64,000 nucleotides of DNA, taken from positions 22,607,688 through 22,671,687 of the forward strand of contig MU055609.1 of the NCBI GenBank assembly GCA_013239625.1, read 5' to 3'. Each line of letters begins with the position of its first letter. The stretch's first letter is position 1. The position numbers and the translations under genes were made by a program. Positions 9,336-21,100 of this stretch are shown here, piece after piece. The stretch is from Lama guanicoe. Its lineage: Eukaryota. Below the pieces are notes generated by a model. That model was not told the origin of the DNA. It did no database searches and worked only from the letters and a program-made list of their open reading frames with translations.

Positions 9336-11529
9336 AGAGGCAGGAGCTGCTCAGAGACTTCCTGCTACCTGAGTGTGGACCCCCTCCCCTCCAAGCTGTT
9401 GCGCTGGGGGAGGGGGATCGGCCATAATCAGGGTATGTTGACCTAGGGAGGGGACAGCTCTGCTCACTGGGGGCTTGGCAACCTTTGTGTATTTGGGGTC
9501 GGAATCAGATTTAGGTCAGCCACTGAGTTACTTTTTTTTGATCATCCACTAGGTGCTTGGTCATCTACACCTAATTTCTAATTCAAACGTCTCAGCGATC
9601 CTTTAGTAGATTTGCTTCACAAACGGAGAAACCAAAGCTGCCAGATGTAAAGTGTCACCCAGCCCATAAGTGGCAGGGCTGGGATTTGAACCCTGGAATC
9701 TCTGGCTTCAAAGTCAGGGCTTTTTCCAAAACTTCATCTCTCTGAGGTTCAGACTCACGAGGATGAAAGGGGGTTTTCGTCCTTTCTCCACAGGTTGGGA
9801 CCATAGCAGGTTAACTGGCTTTCCTGCTTTGTTCTTTAGTCTACTGCGCACTGACACTGGAGTAATGGTCCTATGGTGCGCAATGATCAGGTAACAACCC
9901 CACTCAAGAACCTTCTCTGGCTCTCTATTAGCTCCAAGATAAAAGTCTAAGTGGTTGAACATTCTAGGTGCCGTACAGTCTGGTTTTTGCTCAGACCTGT
10001 TGGAAAACTAATTTTCTAATATTCCCACTCACCTTTTGTTACCACCTGGGTGACCCAGTTTCCATTTCCCCCTGACTCTGGTCAAGAAAATCTCAAGGAC
10101 TGCCTTGGACCTTGGAGGTAAATGATTGTGGAAGGGTGGAAATCCCCTGGGGTTGCTATGGCAGAATCTGGCCACAGGATGGCACCATCGGCCCAGGAAT
10201 GGGGTGGCCAGGCTGACGGTTTCAGGGGGGATGGGGTTCAGCAGCCCTTACTGTGAGCTGGGCTAGTTCCGTCACTGGTCACACTCAGTAGCACCTAACC
10301 TAATCCCGTTAAACCACCCCCTCCCTCCTGCACACAGAGGCTCCCAAGAAGGGCAGCGACCACTCTCCAGGGGAGACCGGGGATGTGAGTCTCCTCTGAG
10401 ATGGTTGTTACCTCCCACTTGAATCACTTGCTCCGAGATGCCCGGCAAAGGGCCTGGGCTGGAGCCACCTCTGGTCTCCCAGGGCCAGTCCAGGGGCTTT
10501 GCTGGACTAGGGGTGGCAGCTCAGACCTGGATGATAGGGAAGGGTGGGGACTGAGTAGGAACACCCCCAGGAGGCATCTTCCTGTTCTCCCACCCTCTCT
10601 TGTTCCTGTGGGCAATGGTCAAGTCTTCTGTCCCTAAATCAGGATATAAGTGTCTTCAAGCTCAAAATAACTGCAGTTTGAGGGGTGGGTATTAGAGATC
10701 CCGAAGCAGAGGTGCTGGGTGGGCTCTAAGTCACCTCCACAATCCAAAAGCTGGGGTGAGTCCTTGTGCTGTGTGACTTCAGACACGTGACTGCTCTTCT
10801 GGGTCTCAGTTTGCTCACCCAGGAAACAGGGGGAGCAATTTCCACCTCGCTGGGGCGTGGAGATGGAAACAAGACCATGTATAAGTGCCGAGCCCAGGGC
10901 GAGGGGCCTGAGGGCTCAAGAGGCATCGTCATGGGCGTTCGGGTCCAGGAGCCGCATCTCAGTCACAGGTCTCCCACCAGCGCTTCAAGGAGGAGCCGCA
11001 TCTCCTCCAGATCAAGAATGGTCCTTTCCTCCCTCATCGAAAACCTGCTAACAGGTCAGGATATGTCCCCCTCCCATCTTCCTCTCAGGTTCCAGGGCCT
11101 GAAGTGGCTCTTTTCTGTCTGTCCCCGCTCTGTGTGAGGTGTGAGCGGCTGCCCTACTCAGTGACGGGGCGTGTGGGGTCTGCAGGGGGACGGTCTAGAG
11201 GGTGGCCACTTGCTGTGCCCAGACCTGGGTGTGAGGCTCCGCACTCAGGCCCTGTGTGATGACAAGTCTTTCCCTCCCTGAACCTTGGGCACGCAGAGGC
11301 ATATTGTCCACGGGGACTGCACGTGGGACCCCAGCATCCTAACAGCGACGTCACTCCGTCATTTCAAAGGTACCCGCCAGAGGGGGTGTGAGTTATGAAT
11401 AAACTCCCAGAATGAGCTCAACTGGGCTTCCTGGGGCCTTGATAGACATGAGTATTAACGAATGTGGGAAAGAATGACGGCGTCTGGGCCACACAGAACA
11501 TATCTGGTTCCCATAGCCTTTCAGTGGTA

Positions 11530-11760
11530 ATAATAAAAAATAATTTATAAATAGCGATTGATGGTATGTGTATATACTGTGTATTATACATACTCACATA
11601 TAATATATACACTTAATACTTACATATAACACATGCTATGTAAATTGAAATAAATAATATAACTGTGCAAATAATAAGTATAAAATATAAGTGAATACAT
11701 ATTATTATAGTTTATGTATAATATAACTATAAATAGTAATTTATAAATATAAATCTGTAA
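11530..11760. repeat. AT-rich low-complexity tract
   Basis: Degenerate TA/TAA repeats, followed by a minus-strand MIR (~11770-11960). Confidence 0.8.
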
Positions 11761-13644
11761 GTAGCTAGCATATATCCATGCTTACTATGAGCTAACCCTT
11801 GTCCTCAGAGTGTTAACCTCATTTATTCCTCACAACCACTTTGGGAGGTAGGACTATGCCCATTGTACAGGTTGGGTAAAGGGAGGCTCAGGGAGCAGAA
11901 AATTACTTGCAGAAGCAAGTGAGGCTCTGGGACTTGATTCAAGCCTGTCTGACCCCCATGGTTCCTGAATCTTCCTTCCTCCAGGAGGAAACCCATTTGT
12001 TGCCCCAGGTGGTCTTTGGGGTTTCAGTTTGGGGTCCCAGACCACTGGTTTGGCCTCTGGACCCTGTCTAGCTTGGCCACAAACTCGCTACAGTGCGGGC
12101 TGGAACAGACTCTGGGTCCACTCCCACTCGGAGGCCTCTCTGCCTGCCGCCCTCCACATCCCCCCACGGTTGGCACAGCCGCTATTTGGGCATGTGGCCC
12201 CACTGGGGGAGGATTTTCCCCTCTTCTAGGTATCAGGTTTTCCCTTGCAGTTTTCTGCTTTCATTCCTGGCAGGAGCCCTCCGCCCACAGGCAGCAGTCC
12301 CTCCCAGCCTCTCTCCTGTGGATGGCGCAGAGCCAGGAATTCTGTCCCAAGCCTGGGACTTCCTCCAGGAGCCAGGACTGGTGGGGAGCAGATGTGGGGA
12401 GCACGCCCACAGACATCCCGTTGGGGCCATCACAGTCTTGCTCCTTTCCCCACAGACGGTGGGTGGGACTGTGGTCAGCGGGGCCTCCAGCCACCATGAT
12501 GTTCCCTTGCCAGGGCCCAGCCCTGGGCGGCAGATGAGGGTGGGCCTCCCCAGGAGAAAGAAACTCCACTGTCCTGGGCCGGGCTGGGCTGGGAGAGGCC
12601 AGGCCAGGTCCACCCGCCCGGATCCAGACGCTGCTTCCTCTCCTCCCCCTTCCCCTGGCTTCTCCATCAGCAGCCCCGGAGTCTCCCGGGGAGTGGGGGT
12701 CTTAGGGGTGACTACGGGTGTGCATGGACAAACATGAATATTTTATATTTTACCAGTCATATATTTGTATTAACAGGTATCAGGAAAAAAAGATCTCACA
12801 AGCAATTAAAGCATTAAACCCTTGATGTCATGGCTGTTACTGCTCAGGGTGAGGCAAATTGGAAAAGGGAGTCCATTTCAAGCCAATTTAAAGGGACTGA
12901 TTGAATCAAAATCAATATCGTGCAGTGGAGGGTGCTGGCGGCCAACGCTTGGGTGGCTCAGGGAAGCTACCGGAGCTCGGGAGACACGGTGGAGGCCATG
13001 AGCCCCGGAGCGAGATCCCGGGGGTCCACCTGGGTCTGTGTGGGGAACTTGGGCAGCTCGCTGCACCCTGTGAGCCTCAGTCTCCCCCTCCATAACGTGG
13101 AGACGAGCAGCGGCAGCTACAGGGCTGTGGCGGGAGTTAGATGGGGTGAGGGGGAGGGCTGGCGCAGAGCTCTGCACAGCGTCAGCGCCCGGCCCAGCAC
13201 GGTGGATGGTGCTGTTATGATCAGTGGTGTTAGGGTCACTGTTAGCATCAGGAGCTTATTCTGGGTGAGGTGACTGGTACTTTTCACTCAACCGTCAGCA
13301 CAGCCCCATGTGGGCAGCCCCCACCAGGGGCGCCCTCCTCACATTCACTGCTCTGGGCCAGGCAGGCTGGGTAGTTTGGCCACCCCCTAGGCGGTGACGC
13401 AGCCTCTTGGAGCCACCATATCCCTGATTGTAGACTGAGACCAAGAGACCATCTCACAGGGGAGTGGCTGTGAGTGGCAACAAAAAAGGCAGGTCAAGTC
13501 CCCAGAGCAGTAGGGCTTCATCCTATGTGAGATCTGTCCCCCTGTGAGGTAAAGGTCTGCTGGTCAGGCAAGGACAGTTTGATGCAATCTTGAGTGGGGT
13601 GGTTTGAACCAGCTCTGAGTGTTAGATGTGTGGTCCTTGACATG

Positions 13645-13820
13645 CTCATCTATCCACATATCCATCTCCATCCATCCTTTATCCATCCTCCACCCATGTA
13701 TCCTCTGTCCATTCATCCAACATTCATTCATCTATCATCCATCCAACCATCCACCATCCATCTCCATCCATCCATCATGCATCCATCCATCCATCCATCC
13801 ATCCATCCATCCATCCATCC
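13645..13820. repeat. (CATC)n repeat, degenerate at the 5' end and perfect at the 3' end
   Basis: Directly visible. Confidence 0.95.
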
Positions 13821-16800
13821 AGTTAGTGGTGGTGGGGGCAGCGGAGCCATGCCAGCAAGCTGGGATATTATCCTGAGTGTGGCAGTCGCTAAGCAAGTTG
13901 TGAGTCGGGGAGGGATCTGAGCAGACTTGTGTTCAAAAGTCCCTCTGGCCACTGTGTATGTGTGTGTGCAGACAGGGCTGAGGCTGGGAAGAAGACAGTC
14001 AGGAGGTGGTGGCCTCAACACGAGTTGGAGGTGGCTTCTGGCTGAGCTAGCATGGAAGTCAGAGTGACCTCTACAAGGGCAGTGTCATAGGGGCTGCTGG
14101 GGGACTGCAGTGGGCACAGGAGTGTGTGTGTGGGAGACGACCAGTATGGCCGACTGGTTTAGGAAGCTGGGCTGTGAAGGGAAAGAGAGGGAGTTAGCTG
14201 GTGAGGACAGCAAGTTCAGATTGGTTTGTTCTTTTGTAATAAGGTGAGAGAGACCTGAATGTAATCAGATATAAGTCAGGTGTGAAGGGAAGAGGGAGAT
14301 AGACCTAGAGGGAAATAAATAAGCAACCAAATATAGATAGATAAAGAGATTAAAGCTGCCCCTCCCTCTCCCCCCGGACAGATTGAGGCGGTGGGTGGGA
14401 GGGGCCGGACAGAGCAGGTCTGGGCCCCAGACAGCAGGAGGGGACACAGTCTCCATCTTCAGGAGGAGGAAGGGGAGGGTCCTGTGGGTGCCAGAAGGTT
14501 CGGATGTTTGGTGTCAGGAAATCTAGGGAGTTCCTACCTTGAGGCCTGGATTTTCTCTGGGCAGAGGAGTGTGGTCACCGGCTAAGAAGGACAGGAAGGG
14601 GGAGGGGAGCATGAGGAGCGGGGAGGGGCTGAAACAGTCCCCTTGGAGATGAGGCCCCTGGGCGTAGGTGGGGCCTGGGGGCTGACTCCAGGAACCCCTT
14701 GGGCTTTGTGGGGGGCATGTGAGGTGTGCTTTTGTGTCATGGGCTGGGCTCTGGGTTGAAGTGACTCGGGGCAGTGGCTCAGTCCATCCCCCTTGTGATT
14801 TGCACCCGAGTTACCCAACGGTGGTGTCCCCGTGTGCCAGGAAACCCTCTGTGAGAGCAGGGCCCTAAAGTCCTGGGCCCAGGAGGTGTACCAGCCTCCC
14901 GGCTGGTCCCCTCACTCCTGTCCTGCTGCTGGAGGGCACTTTCTAATATGTGAGATTTCCTGCCACGCCCCAGCTCAAGAACCTTCAGTGGCTCCTAATT
15001 GCCTGTGGGATCAAGTTCAACCTTCTTGGCCTGGAATCCAAGGCTTCTCTGGATTCCAGACTTCTCAAGGAGTCTGGCCCTGCCTCCTTTCGGGCTGTGT
15101 CTTCTCCCTGCTGCCACCTGGCACACCCACCTAGGTGCTGGACCTGGGCTCCAGTCATGCTGAACTCTTCCTCATATAAGCCAGGCTCTTCTGTACCCCC
15201 TTCCCTCTGCACATGCCATGCCTCTGCCCAGAATGCCCTCCCCTCTCTGCCGAGGCTGGTTCCTTCCTGCAGTCCTTCCTGACTCCCCCAGGGACAGTCT
15301 GCTCCCTCCCAGCTGCGCCCTCACGGCTCCACCAGACCTCCGTTTTGGCTCTGGCCACCAGTTATCCGTCTACCTGTGGCCATTCTCACTGGGCTGGAAG
15401 GGCCTTGGGACGACAGTGACAGTGTCTTATCCCTCATAGTGTCTCCCTCCAAGGGCTGCACAAGGCAGATCTAGGTTCATGCTGTGAATCAGCAAGAGAA
15501 TGACTGGATGGATGAATGGGTGGATGGGTGAGTGGATGGATAGATAGAAGTCAGGAACCAGGAGGGCGCCAGGAATGGGGAGCCAGCAGAGAGCTCAGGG
15601 CCCGGCCTCTGATCCTGCCTCAGCTCCTGTTCATTGACAGCCCACTATGTTCTAGGCACACAGGTCTCATTTGAACCCTCCCCCATCCCGACAGGTAGAA
15701 TCATCACTCCCATTTTACAGATGAGGAAACTGAGCCTAAGAGGGACCCAAGGCACACATCTGGGAAGTGAGTGGCCACAGTTTGAGCCTCAGATTCCCCA
15801 CCCCCAGTCCAGGGCCCTTCCTGGAGCTGATACCTGTGGTCCTGATGCCTGAGCCTGACGGAGCCTGTACATGTGGGTTATTTCACGTCTACATTGACTG
15901 GGACACAAGGAAAATCAACTTTGGAGCCAGACAGGCCTGGGCGAGAACACTGGCCTGTCACAGAACAGCTGCTGACTTAGGCACGTCACAGCACCTTAGA
16001 CACTCCATTTTCTCATCTGAAAAATGGGCACATTAACTGAGGCTCCCAGGGGTGTCGTGAGAAGTCCATAAGACAGAGTGTGTGAAGTGCCATCATAGGT
16101 GAGGAGCGAGGGCTCCAAACATAATCCTCTCCACCTCCTGCACCCCACTTCTCCCCCAGGCCAGCCCCGCCCTCAGCCCCCTGGGGCCTGGTTTCTCTCC
16201 CCTCAGCCTGTCCGGGAGCGGCCTGCGTCTGTCCCGTTACTACAGCGGCCACCTCAGCCCCTGCGAGGGGAGGTGGAAAACCGGCCAGAGCAGTAACGAG
16301 GCTGCACATTCTGATCTGTCCCTGATGGCTCTGGCCTCACAGCATCTTCCCACAGGGAGGCAGCCCAATGTCTGGTCCTTGTGCCAAAGGCCTGTCCTGC
16401 CTCGGCCGGGAGTGAGTGCAGGCTCCCCTCTATTCACATCTGACCAGAGATGCTCTTGCCGATGGGGCCCAAGGCCACAGGAAGCAGGTTAGTGAGTGCC
16501 TGGCCCCGAGTGACTCCCTCTCCCTCACAGGCAGGGCTCTGCACCCGGGCTGGGGAAGATTTAACCCCAAGCATCCCTGTTCCTCTCCTCCACGGCCATG
16601 TCTGCCAGGCTCTGGACTCCGGGTTCCCTGTCTGCCGCAGGTGCCTGGGACCCTGCCTTCCTGCTGAGGTCGGGGTGGGTGGCTGGGGGCCACCCTGGGA
16701 TGTCTTGGGACACCTCCTCTGGAATTTTGGCCCCTCCCTGCCTCGTCTCTTGTTTCTCCCTCCCCAGGACCGAGTTCCTTTCCAGAGAAACCGAACTGAA

Positions 16801-17739
16801 CCTGGCAGGACAGCCGGTGCTCAGAGCCCACTGAGAGCGCCCAGATCACAGAGAGAACATCGGAGAAGGGCTCCGTGCAGCAGGGCGAGAGCATCAGGGA
16901 ACACAGACAGTGCTGAAGGGAAAGTGGCTCCTGGTTTCTTGCTCCCTAAGCTGTTTACTTTGAGTGAAACACACCAGAAAAATTCCACTTGGCCTCCAAA
17001 GGCTGCATCCCCCTACTGTCATAGTGAATACCACAGGGAAAACTCTCTGACATGTTAGGCTGGGACCACATCTGCCCAGGGGTTTTCCTAGTGGCTTTTG
17101 TGACCTGAGGCTGCAAGACCTATTTAAGCCATTCAAGACATGGGGGCAGATGCAGGAGTCCCTGCAGTGACCTGATCTGGGTTATCGCAGGTGACAGCCC
17201 CCCACTGAGAATGTCTCAATCCCAGGGCAGCAGGGGTGCAGCCCACACTTGCCACGCCCCCCCAGGGTCTGGGAGCTGGGGGAAGCCGGTGGGGGAGGGG
17301 AGAGGAGCAGAGAGGGGGAGGGGTGTCCCAGTCCTGGTTCTCCAAGCTATAGGGTGGTCCCCAGGGGAAGTGCGTATGGGAGGATCCAAAGAAGCAATTT
17401 GTGGTGTCAAGGACAGAGGAAAGGGTCCGTCTCTGCTGGCAGTTAAGCAGGCTCAGGTGGAGGTGGGGAGGACATGGCACGGCAGTGGGGACGTCTGGGA
17501 TGTTTCATTCCATTCCGAGGGGTCTGGGTTCTTGAAGAGAGAGACAGGGGTGAGTCAGGTGGGGATGAGAGAGGGAGGAGAATGGGACAGGAGCCCCCAG
17601 GGATTCCACTTTTTAATTCTGAGAGGTCCTGGAGAGAAACTGCCAAATAACCTCCTAAAGATACTGACATGTGAGAAGCCCAGGATCTTCAAACTTTCAC
17701 TTCCCTCATGTGGCTGGAGCATTCTGGAACGTGCTAGTA

Positions 17740-18180
17740 CCATTCAGAGCATCTGAGAGGCACAGAATCTTGGAATTAGAACAGCTTTCACAGACTCAAA
17801 GACACATTTTATGGAATCTTTGAATTGCAAGATCTGAGCATCTTGTCTTTATGCAGAATCCTAGAATTACAGAAGCACAGACGCATATATGGCTCACAGC
17901 ATTTGAGGATTTAGGAGTCTCTACAAAAGACTTGGAACAACATAGAAGACTTCAGAGAAACAGAGTTGAAATAGAAATTTTGGAATCAGTGATATTAGTA
18001 CAAGAAATAACTTTAGTCCAACTCCCTCCTGTAATATAGGAAGCTCTCTCCTTGCTGGGGTAACTTGAACACTTCTAGGGACGGGGAGCTCATTATCTGG
18101 CAGGGCAGACTGTCTCACTGTTGAGCAGATTTGGGTCCCTATGTGAGCCGCCTCTCTGTGGCCCCACTCCCTGCCTTCCC
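17740..18180 (-). mobile_element. L3/CR1 LINE remnant with decayed AGAAT-type tail
   Basis: ttgaacacttctagggacggggagctcatta resembles L3. The upstream agaatcttggaattagaac/agaatcctagaattacaga repeats resemble CR1/MIR3 tail repeats. Confidence 0.5.
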
Positions 18181-21100
18181 CCATTAACCTCAAACTGCTG
18201 AATGGGCTGGACAAGTAATACAGATACCAAGACAGAAGTGAAAGTATCTCATGGCTGAAAATAATGATATTTGAGGGCAACAGGGTTTCAGAAGGCATAG
18301 CCGTGACAACTCCTGGCAATGACGCTCACCCCATCATTTGGTACCAGGCCCGGGTGAGAGCGAGCCATCCGCTGCCTGCCAACCCTCATCCCGGCCCTCC
18401 AGCTCTGCAGAGGGAGAAAGCTGAGCCGCCTAAAAACAGCTGGAAACAATCGTGGAAAAGGCACTATCGACTTCCAGTCAAATCCCAGGCAAGAGCAAGA
18501 AGAGTGACTTGATGGTAAAACAAAGTATCTTTCTGAGCATGGGAGCTGGATTTCACTAGATTGTTTTGAAAGTCTATTTGGGGTGTGGTGGGGTGTGATG
18601 GGAAGGCCCAGTCCTTCTGATGAGCGTTGGCCATGATGCTGGCCCCCGGGCAGAGCTGGAAGTGAGGGCCAGATCACCTAGTTGGAGGACCAGCTCTGCC
18701 TCACCCTCGCTGTGTGACCTGGAACAAGCTCCTAACCTCTCTGTGCCTCAGTTTTCTCTCCTCTGAGGAAAGGATAATAGGGGTATATCCAGTATGATCC
18801 TAGCCTTGGTCACTCAGGCAGGCTTGCTTCCGCCCATCCAGTAATCCACACGCCTGTGTTCAAGGCGTGCGTTCATTCTTGCTCTCACCACTCTCCCTAT
18901 TCATTCATTCATTTGGGCATCAGTTCCTCCACTCCTTGGTGCATGAATTCATTTACGCATCCTGGCATGCTGAATCCCACCGTCCAGCCTTTTGCTAGCT
19001 TGTGGGTGGACAGTTTGGGCCCAAGGAGGGACTCTGCCTGTGGGGCTGGTAGAAAACCTCTGATCACTTTCATGCCACTTAAGGTTCTGGGAATTGGAAG
19101 AATCTAGGGCATGACTTCATCTGGGTCCCGCGGCCCCAGGTCCCCACCCTATCTTCTCCTCCACCCTGGTCACTTAGGGACAGAGTGACCTGTGAATGGG
19201 CACGCCCTGGAGAGCTGGTCAGAGTAGCCCGTGTGGAGGGTTTCTGTGTGACCTGGGCCAGATCATCTGCAGTCCCTCGATCCCAGAAAGTCCTCTCACC
19301 ACTGGTGAGAGTTGGGTGAGCATTCACGAGCTCTGGGCAGGGAGAAAGCTTTGCCTGTAACGTGCTTGCCAAGAACAGAGGTCGATTGTCCATCCTGTTA
19401 CTCATGGCCCTGTTTCATCGAGGTGTATTTTGGTGTAAGAACACAATATAACAGACCCTTTATTCCAGAAAATTAGAATCCTTTTCCCTCTCGTGGAGCA
19501 TCCCACTTCTGACCAGGAGGGGCTGATGGTGGGGGCTGAGCCCAGTTCAGAGTTGACTCTGCTCTGATCATGTCCAAAACCCACTCTGTGTGTTAGTGAT
19601 CTAAGGGCATCCCACAGCTAAGCGCCCACTGTTTGGTTGCACTAATTAATTGATTTTACTGCCACTATTTGAGGCCTCTGAGCCTGCCATGCAAATATAT
19701 GCAAATGAGGAGAGGAGTGGGTTGAATCCAAAGCCTGGTGGGTGTCTTCCTGGACTGGGTTGATTTCTCTGCTCACCTTTCCCATCACAATTCTCCTGTG
19801 TTCCTGGGAGCAGAGAGTCAGGAGAGGAGCAGGGCTGTAGGACTAGCCGACCTGGGTTCCAATCCCAGTCCTGCCTCTGACTGCCTGGGCGAGTCCCTTC
19901 CTCTCCGCACCAGACAGTGGGGATGACACTCTGGGCTGTGCTGGGTTCTGCAAACAGAGCTCAAGCCTCCAGCTTGGAGCTCCTACTTTAACCATGTCCG
20001 AGGCTTCGAGGAGAAAAGTGCTGTCTCTCTGGGCTTTGCAGCCCTGGAAGAGCAGCTGCTCCTGGGAAGGAGAGCGGCGAGCTGCCTAATGAATGGCCCC
20101 TGCTCCCTGATCGGGCCCTCGCCTCCTCTTCTGTCCTGTATCCTGTGTTTTATGTGTGACTTTTGCCAAATGCAGCCATTCTTCTTTGGGTGTGGGAAGA
20201 ATTTTTTTTTAAAGATTGGAATTTAAACATCCTGGAAGATTTATTCTGTGTAATGGATGGAACATCCCCCACAAACACCACACAAATTATGTTTGGAGCA
20301 GTAGGACTGCGGTCGGGGGAGGGAGGGGTGGGGCCAGGGGTTCGGAGGCTGCTGGGTGAAGGACTCATTCAACGGCTCTGAACTGGATGCACCTTACAGT
20401 TTGCCCTCCTTTGTGGGGGGAGGAAGGAGGGCTGATGTTTACTGAGTGCCTACTGTGTGCAGGGTGGGCGGCCACATGCTGAGCCCCATCAGTCCTGGCA
20501 CTGTTCCCCGGGGGGCGCTGCTGCTCCCATTTTTGTGCAGGGGAGTCTGGGCTCTGAGGGAGGAGGTGACTTGTCCCAGGTCACTCAGCCTGCCAGTGGC
20601 AGGAGGGGATGGGAGCCCAGGCCTGGTTGACCCCGGGGTCCTGGCTCTTTCCCTGGCCCCATGCAGGAGGCTCAGGGAAACTTGTGCACTGGGGGAGCTG
20701 GGACCCAGATGTCAGCGGTGATACTTGTCACTGACACACGTTCCGTTCAGCTGAGCGTTGAGCATCTCCTGTGAAGTCTGAGGAGGATCTGAGAGAGGCA
20801 GGTCCTGGGCCCCTGGGCACATACACCTCTTCGGGGCCAACCTCCACACAAGCATTGGGGAGACAGAAGGAGAGCCTGGAGAAGCTCAAGGCCTCCCTGA
20901 AGAGACGGCTGTGGGGACCACAGAGAACAGACTGGAGGACGGACTGGGAAGGGCATCTGGGCAGGGTCACTGCAGGGGCGCGGGCTGGGAGGCGGGAATC
21001 CAGTGGAAGATGCATTCATTGAACAAACCTTCATTGACCCTGCCAGGCCCTGCGTTCGCAGGTTCTGGGAACACAGGGACAACTCAGAACGATTCTTGCT

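Noticed and set aside
13321-13334. CTCF-like CCACCAGGGGCGCC
   Set aside because: One G short of the core, which puts the GGC out of register.
16450-17058. 202-aa ORF and overlapping ORFs
   Set aside because: GC-rich sequence open in several frames on both strands, P/G/R/S-biased, no domain or exon structure.
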